Origin: Ectothiorhodospiraceae bacterium
GTDB taxonomy: Bacteria > Pseudomonadota > Gammaproteobacteria > Nitrococcales > Aquisalimonadaceae
Reading direction: 5' to 3'
Length of the DNA: 64,000 nucleotides
NCBI GenBank assembly: GCA_020831885.1
Contig: JAFIFU010000005.1
Location: 26,071-90,070, forward strand
Shown: positions 29,024 to 38,643 of the stretch, piece after piece
Numbering within the stretch: the first letter of the stretch is position 1
Layout of the letters: each line of letters starts with the position of its first letter
Position numbers and translations under genes: made by a program
The notes under the pieces: model-generated
What the model saw: only the letters and a program-made list of their open reading frames with translations
The model's database searches: none
Told to the model about the DNA's origin: nothing

Positions 29024-31042
29024 ATGCGTGCATGGGTCTGGTTGAAGCTGTCCGGGTTGGTGTTGTCGCTTGCCCTGGTGGCGGGCTGCAACAGCAGCAG
29101 CTCCGGCGGAGGCAGTAATAGCGCTGGTGACGGAAACGGTGGTGGCGATAACGGTGAACCCACCGAGGTGACTGCCTTCGAGGGGGTGGTGCTGGCCCCG
29201 GGTGGGGAACTGGTCCGGCTTGAACGGCCGGCTCTGGAACGGTTGCTGGCAATGCTGGTGAAGAATGCGGGGGCGGAGATGGTCGGCCTCAGCCCGGTGC
29301 AGGGTATCGAGGTTGAACTGATCCGGGTGGACAGCGACGGTAATCCCGTTGGAGAGCCCATCGCCACGGGTACCACCACCAGTACCGGCAATTACACGCT
29401 GCGGTTGTCCGGGGATCTGGGAATCGAACCCTCTGCGGATCTGGTGATCCGTGCCGTGGGGCTCACCCAGGAGCTGCGTGCCCAGGCCGTGTCGGACACG
29501 GTGACCGTGGATCCGGTGTCCGAGTTCGTGCTGCGCAAGCTCATCGATTTCAAGGTGCCCCTGGATCACCTGGAAACCGCCGATGTGGTGCGCATCCGCG
29601 GGAACGTGGATGCACTGGGTATCGATGCCGGTTCCGAAGGGCTGGGCAGCGCGTTCGCCGCCCTGGAGGCCGCCGCGGGTGCGTACCTGGACAGCGAGGC
29701 TGAAACTGTGGCCGCCGCACCGGCATCCCATCTGGAGCCGGTGCTGGGTGACTGGTATCTGGCTGCCGTCCGTTTCGAGATGGGCTGGCGTCACGGCGGG
29801 GTCGGCACTCTCGGCCTGTTCAGCGAGTCAGTCGGGCTCGCCCTGGAGGATGTGGACGGTGCCCTCGGGGTGCGCGGTGGCGTGGTTGACGGGCTGGTCC
29901 TGTTCTGGGAACAGAGTGTCGGTCCGGACTGGGCCCATCTCTACGGCCCGGAAGTGGAGGTGGAGCCGGCCGGCGAGGAACCGGCGGTCACCGGTATCGT
30001 GAACCTGCTGGATGACCTGAGTCTGTTCGTTGCCTCCGGTATCGAGGAATGGGCGGACACCGAGGATGATTTCGCCTCGCGCCGCCTGACCGAGACGGAA
30101 CGGTTTCGGTATGCGGGTGAGCATCTGCGGGTGGGCGTCGTGCGCTCCTTCGAACAGCTTTACGGGGCGCTGGAGGATGACCAGCTTGATGCATCGGATT
30201 TCCGGGGCGAGCGCCGCAGCACCGAGCTGACGATCCTGGGGCGGCCGCCGGCGACCCTCAATCCGGCGGATGTACAGGGAAACTACGGGCTGGTGCAGCT
30301 TCGCATGAGCATGGATGAGCGGTTCTTCGGGGTCGCCGGCTATGTCATGACGGCGGATTTCGACGGTACCGACACCATCGCCCTGCAGGAGGATGCGCTG
30401 GAGGTGGAACACTGGTACGGGGAGCCGCCGGAACTGCATGCCATGAACGAAGCGGACAGCATCGCCTATGCCGTTGACGGGAACCGGTTGGTGGTGGATG
30501 GCGCGGTTTCCTTCAATGTCACGGCTGACCATGGAGCGCTTTTCGCCGCACTTCAGAGCCGGAACCTTGCCGGCGACAGTCTGGTGGATCCGGACGAGCC
30601 CTGGGCCGTGGAAGAAGGGCTGCTGCTCGGGGTGAAACTGCCCGACCATCAGCCGGATATGGATGGCCGGCGCTACCGGCTGCAGGCCATGAGCATCCAG
30701 ATGGCAGGGGCCGGGGCGATGGAGTTGAAGACGCGGCAGTCCGGTGAACTGGTGTTCCAGGGCGGAAACGTGGCTCTGGAGAATGAACGGCTGCAGCTCC
30801 TGTCCCGCGACACCCCCCGTTCGGCCCCCGGGTTCGAGGCCCTGGGTGACGGCGGGGACGGCGACTGGATCCCGTACACGCTGGATGCGTCCGGGGGGAT
30901 CAGTGTCGCCCACGGCGACACCCGTTTCGACGGTTTCGTGTCCGCGGATGGCGATGTGCTGGTGCTGCGGAAGTTCACCGAGGCGGCCTCGGATGACGAC
31001 TACACCCTGGGCATGTGGATTGGCGTAAGGGTGGCGGATTGA
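29024..31042 (+). CDS. Large lipoprotein of unknown function (672 aa)
   Basis: Lipobox LALVAGC, a Gly/Ser/Asn linker and an acidic mature protein. No family recognised by eye. Confidence 0.7.
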   Translation: MRAWVWLKLSGLVLSLALVAGCNSSSSGGGSNSAGDGNGGGDNGEPTEVTAFEGVVLAPGGELVRLERPALERLLAMLVKNAGAEMVGLSPVQGIEVELIRVDSDGNPVGEPIATGTTTSTGNYTLRLSGDLGIEPSADLVIRAVGLTQELRAQAVSDTVTVDPVSEFVLRKLIDFKVPLDHLETADVVRIRGNVDALGIDAGSEGLGSAFAALEAAAGAYLDSEAETVAAAPASHLEPVLGDWYLAAVRFEMGWRHGGVGTLGLFSESVGLALEDVDGALGVRGGVVDGLVLFWEQSVGPDWAHLYGPEVEVEPAGEEPAVTGIVNLLDDLSLFVASGIEEWADTEDDFASRRLTETERFRYAGEHLRVGVVRSFEQLYGALEDDQLDASDFRGERRSTELTILGRPPATLNPADVQGNYGLVQLRMSMDERFFGVAGYVMTADFDGTDTIALQEDALEVEHWYGEPPELHAMNEADSIAYAVDGNRLVVDGAVSFNVTADHGALFAALQSRNLAGDSLVDPDEPWAVEEGLLLGVKLPDHQPDMDGRRYRLQAMSIQMAGAGAMELKTRQSGELVFQGGNVALENERLQLLSRDTPRSAPGFEALGDGGDGDWIPYTLDASGGISVAHGDTRFDGFVSADGDVLVLRKFTEAASDDDYTLGMWIGVRVAD

Positions 31043-31060
31043 CGCCTTGCCGGCAAAACT

Positions 31061-31088
31061 GCCCTGGTGGTGCGGCCACCACCAGGGC
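31061..31088. terminator. GC-rich hairpin between convergent genes
   Basis: GCCCTGGTGGTG-CGGC-CACCACCAGGGC is a perfect 12-bp stem. There is no U-tract, so terminator function is uncertain. Confidence 0.4.
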
Positions 31089-31097
31089 GTCCCATTC

Positions 31098-32645
31098 TCA
31101 CATCCCGGCGGATTGCTCCGGATAGCGGTCTCCCCCGGCCGGGCTCCGGCCCTGTTCCCCGAACCACCGCCTCACCGCGGCGGTTGCGCCCGCGTCCAGG
31201 TGGAGCCCCAGCCGGCTTCGCCGCCAGAGCACGTCCTCGGCGGATTCCGCCCATTCCTGGTCCCGCAGATAAACCAATTCCGCCTCGTACAGATCACCCC
31301 CCAGACATGGCCCCAACTGCTCCAGGGCGTTTGCGTCGCCGAGCAGGCGGGCGCTCCGTGTGCCGTAGTTTCTGGCATAGCGCCAGGCCAGCGGGTCGGG
31401 CAGCCACGGGTGCTGTCGCCGGAAACGGTCCAGGAAAGCGTCGAAATCAGCACCCGGTATGTCGCCGCCGGGCAGGGGAACGGTTGCGGTCCAAGGCCGA
31501 TCGACGAAGCCGAGGGGCTTTGCCAGCAGGGCCAGTGCATCCTCCGCCAACCGGCGATACGTGGTGAGTTTACCGCCGAAGACCGTCAGCATCGGCGCAC
31601 CGCGCCCGTCGGCATCCAGATCCAGGACGTAGTCCCGGGTGACCCGGGAGGCATTCTCCGCCGCGTCATCGAACAACGGCCGGACACCGGAGAACTGCCA
31701 TGCCACGTCCCGGCTGGTGATGGGGTGCCGGAAATGGTGATTGGCCGCGTCACACAAGTAAGCCACCTCGGCGTCTGAAATGGCGGCCGCCCCCGGGTCG
31801 CCACCGAACGGCTCCTCCGTGGTGCCCAGCAGGGTGTAGCGCCCTTCGTAGGGGATGGCGAACACCACGCGCCGGTCCGGACGCTGGAATGTGTAGGCAA
31901 ACGCATGTTCATACAGGCGCGGCACCACGATGTGGCTGCCCTTCACCAGGCGGACACGCTTTGCCGGCCGGATCAGCGACAGGCTGTCCAGCACCCGATT
32001 GACCCAGGGCCCCGCCGCGTTGACCAGTGCGCGGGCGGACACCCGGCTTTCGGTGCCGTCGCGTAGATCCCTGAGCCGGACGATCCAGCCCCGGCTCCGG
32101 CGGACGGCATCGGCGAAGATCGTTCGTGTCCGGATGCACGCCCCGCGCTCCGCGGCATCCCGCGCGTTGAGCACCACCAGGCGTGAGTCCTGGACCCAGC
32201 AATCCGAATATTCGAATCCTTGTTTGAACCGCGCCTGCAGGGCAGCCCCTGCCGGATGGTGCCGAAGACGGATACCATGTGACCGGGGAAGTTGTCCCCG
32301 GCCGCCCAGGTGATCGTAGAGAAACAGCCCCACGCGCAGCATCCATGCCGGTCTCAGGTCGGCGCCATGGGGAAGCACGAAACGCATCGGCCAGATGATA
32401 TGCGGCGCCGCATGCAGCAGGCGTTCCCGTTCCCGCAGTGCCTTGCGGACCAGGCGGATGTCCCCTTGCTCCAGGTAGCGCAGGCCGCCATGAATGAGCT
32501 TGGTGCTGGCCGAGGACGTGTGAGCCGCCAGATCGTGCTGTTCGCAGAGCAGGACCTTGAGCCCGCGACCGGCCGCGTCCCGCGCGATGCCGGTGCCGTT
32601 GATGCCGCCGCCGATGACGACCAGATCCCAGTCCTGCTTCCCCAT
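31098..32645 (-). CDS. glpD: Aerobic glycerol-3-phosphate dehydrogenase
   Basis: DLVVIGGGINGTGIARDAAGRGLKVLLCEQHDLAAHTSSASTKLIHGGLRYLE. Confidence 0.9.
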   Translation of the reverse strand: MGKQDWDLVVIGGGINGTGIARDAAGRGLKVLLCEQHDLAAHTSSASTKLIHGGLRYLEQGDIRLVRKALRERERLLHAAPHIIWPMRFVLPHGADLRPAWMLRVGLFLYDHLGGRGQLPRSHGIRLRHHPAGAALQARFKQGFEYSDCWVQDSRLVVLNARDAAERGACIRTRTIFADAVRRSRGWIVRLRDLRDGTESRVSARALVNAAGPWVNRVLDSLSLIRPAKRVRLVKGSHIVVPRLYEHAFAYTFQRPDRRVVFAIPYEGRYTLLGTTEEPFGGDPGAAAISDAEVAYLCDAANHHFRHPITSRDVAWQFSGVRPLFDDAAENASRVTRDYVLDLDADGRGAPMLTVFGGKLTTYRRLAEDALALLAKPLGFVDRPWTATVPLPGGDIPGADFDAFLDRFRRQHPWLPDPLAWRYARNYGTRSARLLGDANALEQLGPCLGGDLYEAELVYLRDQEWAESAEDVLWRRSRLGLHLDAGATAAVRRWFGEQGRSPAGGDRYPEQSAGM

Positions 32646-32767
32646 CCGGCTGTCCTCATGCTGTGGCCGAGCGGGGCGGAAATCCCGCCTGAACGGCCCA
32701 TTCCGCGCTACCATGATGGACATGGTGTCGTTTACGCGATCATCCCACAGGAAGGAGGCACAAGCCC

Positions 32768-34264
32768 ATGACCGACGGAGGTCGGCTGCTCGCCATCGAT
32801 CAGGGTACCACCAGCACCCGCGCCATCATCTTCGACCACCAGGGCGAGATCCTGACCGTGCAGCAGCGGGAATTCGCCCAGCACTTTCCGGCGGATGGCT
32901 GGGTGGAGCATGACCCGGACGAGATCTGGGAGACGACGCGAACGGTCTGTCAGGCGGCCCTGGACGGGATTCCCGGAGGGGCGGGTACAGTCGGCGGCAT
33001 CGGCATCACTAACCAGCGGGAAACCACGGTGCTCTGGGATCGCCGTACCGGCGAACCGGTCCATCGCGCCATTGTCTGGCAGGACCGCCGGACGGCGGAA
33101 CTGTGTCGGACGTTGCGCCGGGAAGGGCAGGAAGAACTGGTGCGTGACCGCACAGGGTTGCTGCTGGACCCCTACTTCTCCGCCACGAAGCTCGCCTGGC
33201 TGCTGGACCACGTGGAGGATGCCCGGGCCCGCGCCGAGCGGGGCGAGCTGGCGTTCGGCACCATCGACAGCTGGCTGATCTGGAAGCTCACGGGTGGCCG
33301 TGTGCATGCGACCGATGCCACCAATGCCTCCCGCACCATGCTGTTCGATATCCACCGCCAGTGCTGGGATCGGGACCTGTTGCGCCTGTTCCGGGTGCCG
33401 GAGTCGCTGCTGCCGGAGGTCCGTGACAGCGCTGCCGACTTCGGGACCGCCAGCGAGGGTCTGGGGGTGGAACTGCCCATCGCCGGGGTGGCCGGAGACC
33501 AGCAGGCGGCCCTGGTGGGGCAGGCCTGCTTCAAGCCGGGCATGGTGAAGAGCACCTACGGGACCGGCTGCTTCGCCCTCATGCATACGGGTGATGAGGC
33601 GGTGAGCTCACGCAACCGGCTGCTGACCACGGTGGCGTACCGCTTGAACGGAGAACCCAGCTACGCCATCGAAGGGTCCATCTTCGTGGCCGGTGCCGCG
33701 GTTCAATGGCTGCGCGACAAGCTGGGCATTATCCGCAACGCGGCGGAAACAGAGGGTCTGGCCCGCGGACTGGAATCGAATCGGGGCGTTTACCTGGTGC
33801 CCGCGTTCACAGGCCTGGGCGCGCCTTACTGGGATCCGGACGCCCGCGGCGCCCTGGTGGGGCTTACCCGGGACTCCGGGCGTGCGGAGATCGCCCGAGC
33901 GGCGCTGGAGGCGGTGTGCTACCAGACGCGGGATCTGTTCGACGCCATGGCGGATGATGCCGGCACGCGGCCGGAGACCCTGCGGGTGGACGGCGGTATG
34001 GTGGTCAATGGCTGGCTCTGTCAGGCATTGGCGGACCTGGTGAACGTGCCGGTGGAACGCCCCCGCGTGGTGGAGACCACGGCCCGCGGCGCTGCCTGGC
34101 TTGCCGGATTGCAATTGGGGTTGTATCCAGCGCTGGATCAGCTTGCCGAAGCCTGGGAGGTGGATCGGCGTTTCGAGCCACAGATGAGCGGCCACGAGCG
34201 GGAGCGCGCCATCGCCGGCTGGCGGCGCGCGGTGGCGCGGGTCCGATCCGATGAACACCCGTAA
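32768..34264 (+). CDS. glpK: Glycerol kinase
   Basis: [15 protein letters not shown]...[11 protein letters not shown] and GDQQAAL motifs. Confidence 0.95.
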   Translation: MTDGGRLLAIDQGTTSTRAIIFDHQGEILTVQQREFAQHFPADGWVEHDPDEIWETTRTVCQAALDGIPGGAGTVGGIGITNQRETTVLWDRRTGEPVHRAIVWQDRRTAELCRTLRREGQEELVRDRTGLLLDPYFSATKLAWLLDHVEDARARAERGELAFGTIDSWLIWKLTGGRVHATDATNASRTMLFDIHRQCWDRDLLRLFRVPESLLPEVRDSAADFGTASEGLGVELPIAGVAGDQQAALVGQACFKPGMVKSTYGTGCFALMHTGDEAVSSRNRLLTTVAYRLNGEPSYAIEGSIFVAGAAVQWLRDKLGIIRNAAETEGLARGLESNRGVYLVPAFTGLGAPYWDPDARGALVGLTRDSGRAEIARAALEAVCYQTRDLFDAMADDAGTRPETLRVDGGMVVNGWLCQALADLVNVPVERPRVVETTARGAAWLAGLQLGLYPALDQLAEAWEVDRRFEPQMSGHERERAIAGWRRAVARVRSDEHP

Positions 34265-34297
34265 CCATGAGACAACTCTGGGTGAGGAGGAATGACG

Positions 34298-35320
34298 ATG
34301 GCATACCGGATCGCGATAAACGGTTACGGCCGTATCGGACGGTTGATTCTGCGAGCGCTGTATGAGGGGGGGTATAGGGACGACCTGGAAATCGTAGCCG
34401 TCAATGACCTGGGGGATGTGGCCATCAACGCCTATCTCACCCGGCACGACTCGGTACACGGTAACTTCCCGGGCGAGGTGGAGGTGGACGAGGCCCGGGA
34501 TGATCTGCTGATCGACGGCGATCATGTGCATGTGCTGAGTGAGCGGGACCCGGCGAAACTCCCCTGGAAGGACATGGGTGTCGATGCGGTGTTGGAGTGC
34601 ACCGGCCTGTTCACCAGCAAGGAAAAGGCAGACGCGCACCTGAAGGCAGGGGCGCCCAAGGTACTGCTTTCCGCTCCCGGCGGGAATGACGTGGACGCCA
34701 CCATCGTCTACGGCGTCAATCACGATCGGCTTCACGGGGCGCTCCAGGTGGTTTCCAATGCGTCCTGTACCACCAATTGCCTGGCGCCCCTGGTGAAGCC
34801 ACTGCACGATGCAATCGGCGTGGAACAGGGGCTGATGACCACCATCCATGCCTATACCAACGACCAGGTGCTCAGCGATGTTTACCACAAGGATCCGCGC
34901 CGGGCCCGTTCCGCCACCCAGTCCATGATTCCCACCAAGACCGGTGCTGCCGCCGCCGTGGGCAAGGTGCTCCCGGAGCTGGATGGCCGGTTGGATGGTT
35001 TCGCCGTGCGTGTACCCACGGTCAACGTCTCCATGGTGGACCTCAGCTTCACCACGTCGCGGCCCACCAGCCTGGAGGAGGTGGACGATGCGCTGCTGCG
35101 TGCCGCCGCCGAGGGTCCGCTGAAGGGCATCCTGGAAGTGGCCCGGGAGGACCTGGTGTCGGTGGATTTCAATCATCACCCGGCATCATCCATCTACGAT
35201 CCGTCCCTGACCCGCGTGTCCAAGGACGGCCGCCTGGTGAAGGTCTGTGCCTGGTATGACAATGAGTGGGGGTTCTCCAACCGGATGCTGGATACCGCGC
35301 TGGCCTGGCTGCGGGCGTAA
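34298..35320 (+). CDS. gap: Type I glyceraldehyde-3-phosphate dehydrogenase
   Basis: [11 protein letters not shown] and [12 protein letters not shown] motifs. The second ATG (34298) is preferred because GAGGAGG ends 7 nt upstream of it. Confidence 0.9.
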   Translation: MAYRIAINGYGRIGRLILRALYEGGYRDDLEIVAVNDLGDVAINAYLTRHDSVHGNFPGEVEVDEARDDLLIDGDHVHVLSERDPAKLPWKDMGVDAVLECTGLFTSKEKADAHLKAGAPKVLLSAPGGNDVDATIVYGVNHDRLHGALQVVSNASCTTNCLAPLVKPLHDAIGVEQGLMTTIHAYTNDQVLSDVYHKDPRRARSATQSMIPTKTGAAAAVGKVLPELDGRLDGFAVRVPTVNVSMVDLSFTTSRPTSLEEVDDALLRAAAEGPLKGILEVAREDLVSVDFNHHPASSIYDPSLTRVSKDGRLVKVCAWYDNEWGFSNRMLDTALAWLRA

Positions 35321-35342
35321 CGGGAGCCGGCGCGCCTGCGCA

Positions 35343-35538
35343 GGATGCCCGGGGTCGCGGGGACGGGCGCCGCCGGACGGGACGGGGCAGGACACGCCGT
35401 GAATACGTCCCTGTAGGCTTGTCGGCAAGGTCCCTCTCGCCGACAGTCCCGTCCCGTCCCGTCCCGTCCCGTCCCGTCCGGCACCGTCCTCAGGCCTCGT
35501 GGCTGTTCCGGCGCCCGTCCCCGCGGCCCCGGGCATCC
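35343..35538 (-). repeat. REP-like structured intergenic element, copy A (core on minus strand)
   Basis: 30-bp outer arms 35343-35372 and 35509-35538 pair at 29 WC plus 1 GU. A GGGAC/GTCCC inner stem surrounds the 30-nt core at 35390-35419, which is 28/30 identical to copy B. Confidence 0.65.
35446..35479. repeat. Pentanucleotide microsatellite (GTCCC) x 6.8
   Basis: Counted directly: six perfect GTCCC units plus GTCC. Confidence 0.95.
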
Positions 35539-35591
35539 GGTTCCCGGCATGAGCTGCCGGAATGTTCACATGTCGCCAACGGAGTTCCACG

Positions 35592-37016
35592 ATGCCACGT
35601 CGAACGAAAATCGTCGCCACGCTGGGGCCGGCCACCGATGATCCCGCCGTGCTGGAATCGGTGATCCGGGCCGGCGTGGACGTGGTCCGGTTGAATTTTT
35701 CCCATGGCCGGCTTGCCGATCACCGCCGGCGGGTGGATGCGGTGCGCGGGGTGTCCGCCCGTCTGGGAGCTGAAGTGGCGGTGCTCGGGGATCTCCAGGG
35801 CCCGAAGATCCGCATCGAACGCTTCCGTGATGGCGCCGTGGAGCTGATGGACGGTGCCGAGTTCGTGCTGGACGCCGAATTGGGCGAAAACGACGGAAAT
35901 GCGCAACGGGTCGGTATCACTTACAAGGCACTGCCCAGGGACGTGGGCGACGGCGATCTGCTGCTCCTCAATGACGGGCTTCTGGTGCTCCGGGTGCTGG
36001 GGGTGGACGGTCCGCGGATCCGTTGCCGGGTGGAGCAGGGGGGGCGGCTGTCGGACAGCAAGGGCATCAACCGCCAGGGAGGAGGCTTGTCCGCCGGGGC
36101 ACTGACTGACAAGGACCGCAAGGATATCGCCGCCGCCGCCGCGCTGGACGTGGACTATCTGGCCGTGTCCTTCCCCCGCAATGCGGACGACATACACCAG
36201 GCCCGCCGTCTCCTGCGGGAGGCCGGGGGCGCCGCCGGGATCGTGGCGAAGATCGAACGTGCCGAGGCGGTGAAGGACATTGATGCCATCACCCAGGCAT
36301 CGGATGCGGTCATGGTGGCCCGGGGCGATCTGGCGGTGGAGATCGGCGACGCTGAACTTCCCGGCGTGCAGAAGCACATCATCGCCCGGGCACGGGAACT
36401 GAACCGGGTGGTGATCACCGCCACGCAGATGATGGAATCCATGGTGGACAGCCCGAGCCCCACCCGGGCCGAAGTGCTGGATGTTGCCAACGCGGTGCTG
36501 GATGGCACCGACGCGGTGATGCTGTCCGCGGAAACCGCCACCGGGAAATACCCGTTGCGCACCGTGGAGGCCATGGCGCGGGTCTGCGAGGGTGCCGAGC
36601 GCCACCGCTCGATCCGGCGGTCCAGCCATCGCCTGGACAGCCATTTCGAGCGTATCGACGAAGCCATTGCCATGGCCACCATGTACACGGCGAATCATCT
36701 GGACGTGCGTGCCATCCTGGCGTTGACGGAGTCCGGTGCCACCGCCCTCTGGATGTCACGCATCAGCTCCGGCATCCCCATCTACGCCCTGACCCAGCAC
36801 GAGCGGACCCGCCGCCGGGTCAAGCTCTATCGCGGCGTTTACCCCGTGGCGTTTGATGTGGTTCACACCGACCCGGGGCACATCCTTCAGGATGCGGTGT
36901 CAACGCTCAAGCGCCTTGGCGCGGCAACGACAGGGGATCTGGTGATCGTGACCAAGGGGGATTTTTCCGGTGTACCCGGAGGCACGAACGCACTGAAAAT
37001 ACTCAGCGTTTCGTGA
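35592..37016 (+). CDS. pyk: Pyruvate kinase
   Basis: [18 protein letters not shown] and [11 protein letters not shown] motifs. Confidence 0.9.
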   Translation: MPRRTKIVATLGPATDDPAVLESVIRAGVDVVRLNFSHGRLADHRRRVDAVRGVSARLGAEVAVLGDLQGPKIRIERFRDGAVELMDGAEFVLDAELGENDGNAQRVGITYKALPRDVGDGDLLLLNDGLLVLRVLGVDGPRIRCRVEQGGRLSDSKGINRQGGGLSAGALTDKDRKDIAAAAALDVDYLAVSFPRNADDIHQARRLLREAGGAAGIVAKIERAEAVKDIDAITQASDAVMVARGDLAVEIGDAELPGVQKHIIARARELNRVVITATQMMESMVDSPSPTRAEVLDVANAVLDGTDAVMLSAETATGKYPLRTVEAMARVCEGAERHRSIRRSSHRLDSHFERIDEAIAMATMYTANHLDVRAILALTESGATALWMSRISSGIPIYALTQHERTRRRVKLYRGVYPVAFDVVHTDPGHILQDAVSTLKRLGAATTGDLVIVTKGDFSGVPGGTNALKILSVS

Positions 37017-37049
37017 ACGCACCGGAATAGGGCATCCCCCGCCCTTTTA

Positions 37050-37066
37050 TGCACGGAGATGGTGCG
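37050..37066. promoter_or_regulatory. NtrC-like enhancer dyad TGCACG-N5-GGTGCG
   Basis: 10/12 match to TGCACC-N5-GGTGCA. Centred about 90 bp upstream of the -24 element at 37143. Confidence 0.3.
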
Positions 37067-37142
37067 CTTGCCCTGTCGTGGGCCGGATCCGACGGTCGTC
37101 TGAAGTCTGACAAATGCCCGGTTTTATTGTGTTCTTAGCTGT

Positions 37143-37158
37143 TGGCCCCAGGCTTGCA
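37143..37158 (+). promoter_or_regulatory. Candidate sigma54 promoter TGGCCCCAGGCTTGCA
   Basis: Matches TGGC-N7-TTGCA with correct -24/-12 spacing. Lies about 75 nt upstream of the riboswitch. Confidence 0.45.
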
Positions 37159-37234
37159 CAGTGTCCTGGAGCACGCAGGTGTGTCACTGCCCAACGGGGT
37201 ATGCGTTGCCCACAATCTGGAACACCAATGGGTG

Positions 37235-37326
37235 ACTAGGGTTCCGGTCCGCGTCGGCGGATGACTGGTCCGAGAGTCACCGACCTCTCCCAGAGGGGTT
37301 ACACGGCGGGACAAAAGCCCGGGAGG
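37235..37326 (+). promoter_or_regulatory. Guanidine-I riboswitch (ykkC-yxkD motif)
   Basis: All hallmark blocks are present in order: ACUAGGGUUCCGG ... CUGGUCCGAGAG ... ACACGGCGGGACAAAAGCCCGGGAG. Sits 55 nt upstream of the transporter gene. Confidence 0.85.
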
Positions 37327-37381
37327 TCTACGTGATGCTCCTGTGCTGTGTTCATCCGGTAAGCCCGATGGGAGAGTGACC

Positions 37382-38467
37382 ATGTCCAATAGCTCCATCC
37401 GCAAACGCTTCGCCGCGCTGGCCGTTTCTCTCGGCCTGATCCTCACCGTACCGTTTTCCACGCTGGCCACGGCCCAGGAACGGGATAGCTTCCGCATCGC
37501 CTGGAGCATCTACGTGGGCTGGATGCCCTGGGGCTATGGCGAGGCCGAGGGCATCGTCCGGAAATGGGCCGACAAGTACGACATCGAGATCGAGGTCGTG
37601 CAGATCAACGACTACATCGAGTCCATCAACCTCTACACCGCCGGCTCCTTCGACGGCGTCACCGCCACCAACATGGATGCCCTGACCATTCCCGCCGCCG
37701 GGGGCGTGGATACCACCGCGCTGGTCGTGGGCGACTTCTCCGACGGCAACGACGGCGTGGTGCTCAAGGGGACCGACAGCCTGGAGGACATCGAAGGCAA
37801 GCGTGTCCACCTGGTGGAATTGTCCGTCTCCCACTACCTGCTGGCCCGGGCGCTGGAGTCCGTGGGCATGACGGAACGTGACATCCGCGTGGTGAATACC
37901 TCCGACGCCGACATTGTTGCTGCCTTCAATTCCCGCGACGTGGAAGCCGTGGTGACCTGGAATCCGCAACTGGGCGAACTGCGCCGCATGAACGACGCCA
38001 ACGTGGTGTTCGACTCCTCGCAGATCCCCGGCGAGATCATGGACCTGCTGGTGGTGAACACCGAGGTGCTGGAAGCCAACCCCGCCTTCGGCAAGGCTCT
38101 GGCCGGCGCCTGGTATGAAATCATGAGCATCATGCAGGGCGATGACGAGGCCGGCCGTGAAGCCCGGAGCGCCATGGGCGACGCCGCCGGTACCGACCTG
38201 GAAGGCTACGAAGCCCAATTGGCCTCCACCACCATGTTCTACGACCCGGCCGAGGCGGTGGCCTTCGTGGAGAGCGGCAGCCCGCAGGAGACCATGGAGA
38301 GCGTCCGCCAGTTCGCCTTCGAGCACGGCCTGCTGGGCGAGCGGGCCCCCAACCCCGATTTCGTCGGCATCCAGTTCGCCGACGGCTCCATCCTCGGCAG
38401 CGAGTCCAACGTCAAGTTCCGCTTCAACGTGGATTACATGCGTATGGCGCGGGATGGGGAATTATAA
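37382..38467 (+). CDS. ABC transporter substrate-binding protein (NitT/TauT type, urea-carboxylase-region family)
   Basis: Signal peptide FAALAVSLGLILTVPFSTLATAQE and an NMT1-like body. GGAGAG lies 5 nt upstream of the ATG. Confidence 0.85.
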   Translation: MSNSSIRKRFAALAVSLGLILTVPFSTLATAQERDSFRIAWSIYVGWMPWGYGEAEGIVRKWADKYDIEIEVVQINDYIESINLYTAGSFDGVTATNMDALTIPAAGGVDTTALVVGDFSDGNDGVVLKGTDSLEDIEGKRVHLVELSVSHYLLARALESVGMTERDIRVVNTSDADIVAAFNSRDVEAVVTWNPQLGELRRMNDANVVFDSSQIPGEIMDLLVVNTEVLEANPAFGKALAGAWYEIMSIMQGDDEAGREARSAMGDAAGTDLEGYEAQLASTTMFYDPAEAVAFVESGSPQETMESVRQFAFEHGLLGERAPNPDFVGIQFADGSILGSESNVKFRFNVDYMRMARDGEL

Positions 38468-38483
38468 GAACCCGTCTGCTGAT

Positions 38484-38585
38484 CCCGGGCGGTGAAATCC
38501 TCCGGGACCGTCAGCCGCATGGACGCGGCTGTCGAGCCTACATGGATGTATTCACGGCGTGTCCCGGAGGATTTCACCGCCCGGG
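38484..38585 (+). repeat. REP-like structured intergenic element, copy B
   Basis: Perfect 25-bp arms (38484-38508 and 38561-38585) enclose the hairpin CAGCCGC-ATGGAC-GCGGCTG and the core AGCCTACATGGATGTATTCACGGCGTGTCC (38535-38564). Confidence 0.7.
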
Positions 38586-38643
38586 GGCAGCTGACACCAC
38601 ATTGAACTGAAAGCCACTACCAGACACCGGTATCAGGTCGCCC

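Noticed and set aside
37029-37050. Short hairpin AGGGC-N7-GCCCT followed by TTTAT after pyk, considered as a terminator.
   Set aside because: The stem is only 5 bp and the U-tract is weak. It is plausible but not supportable as a feature.
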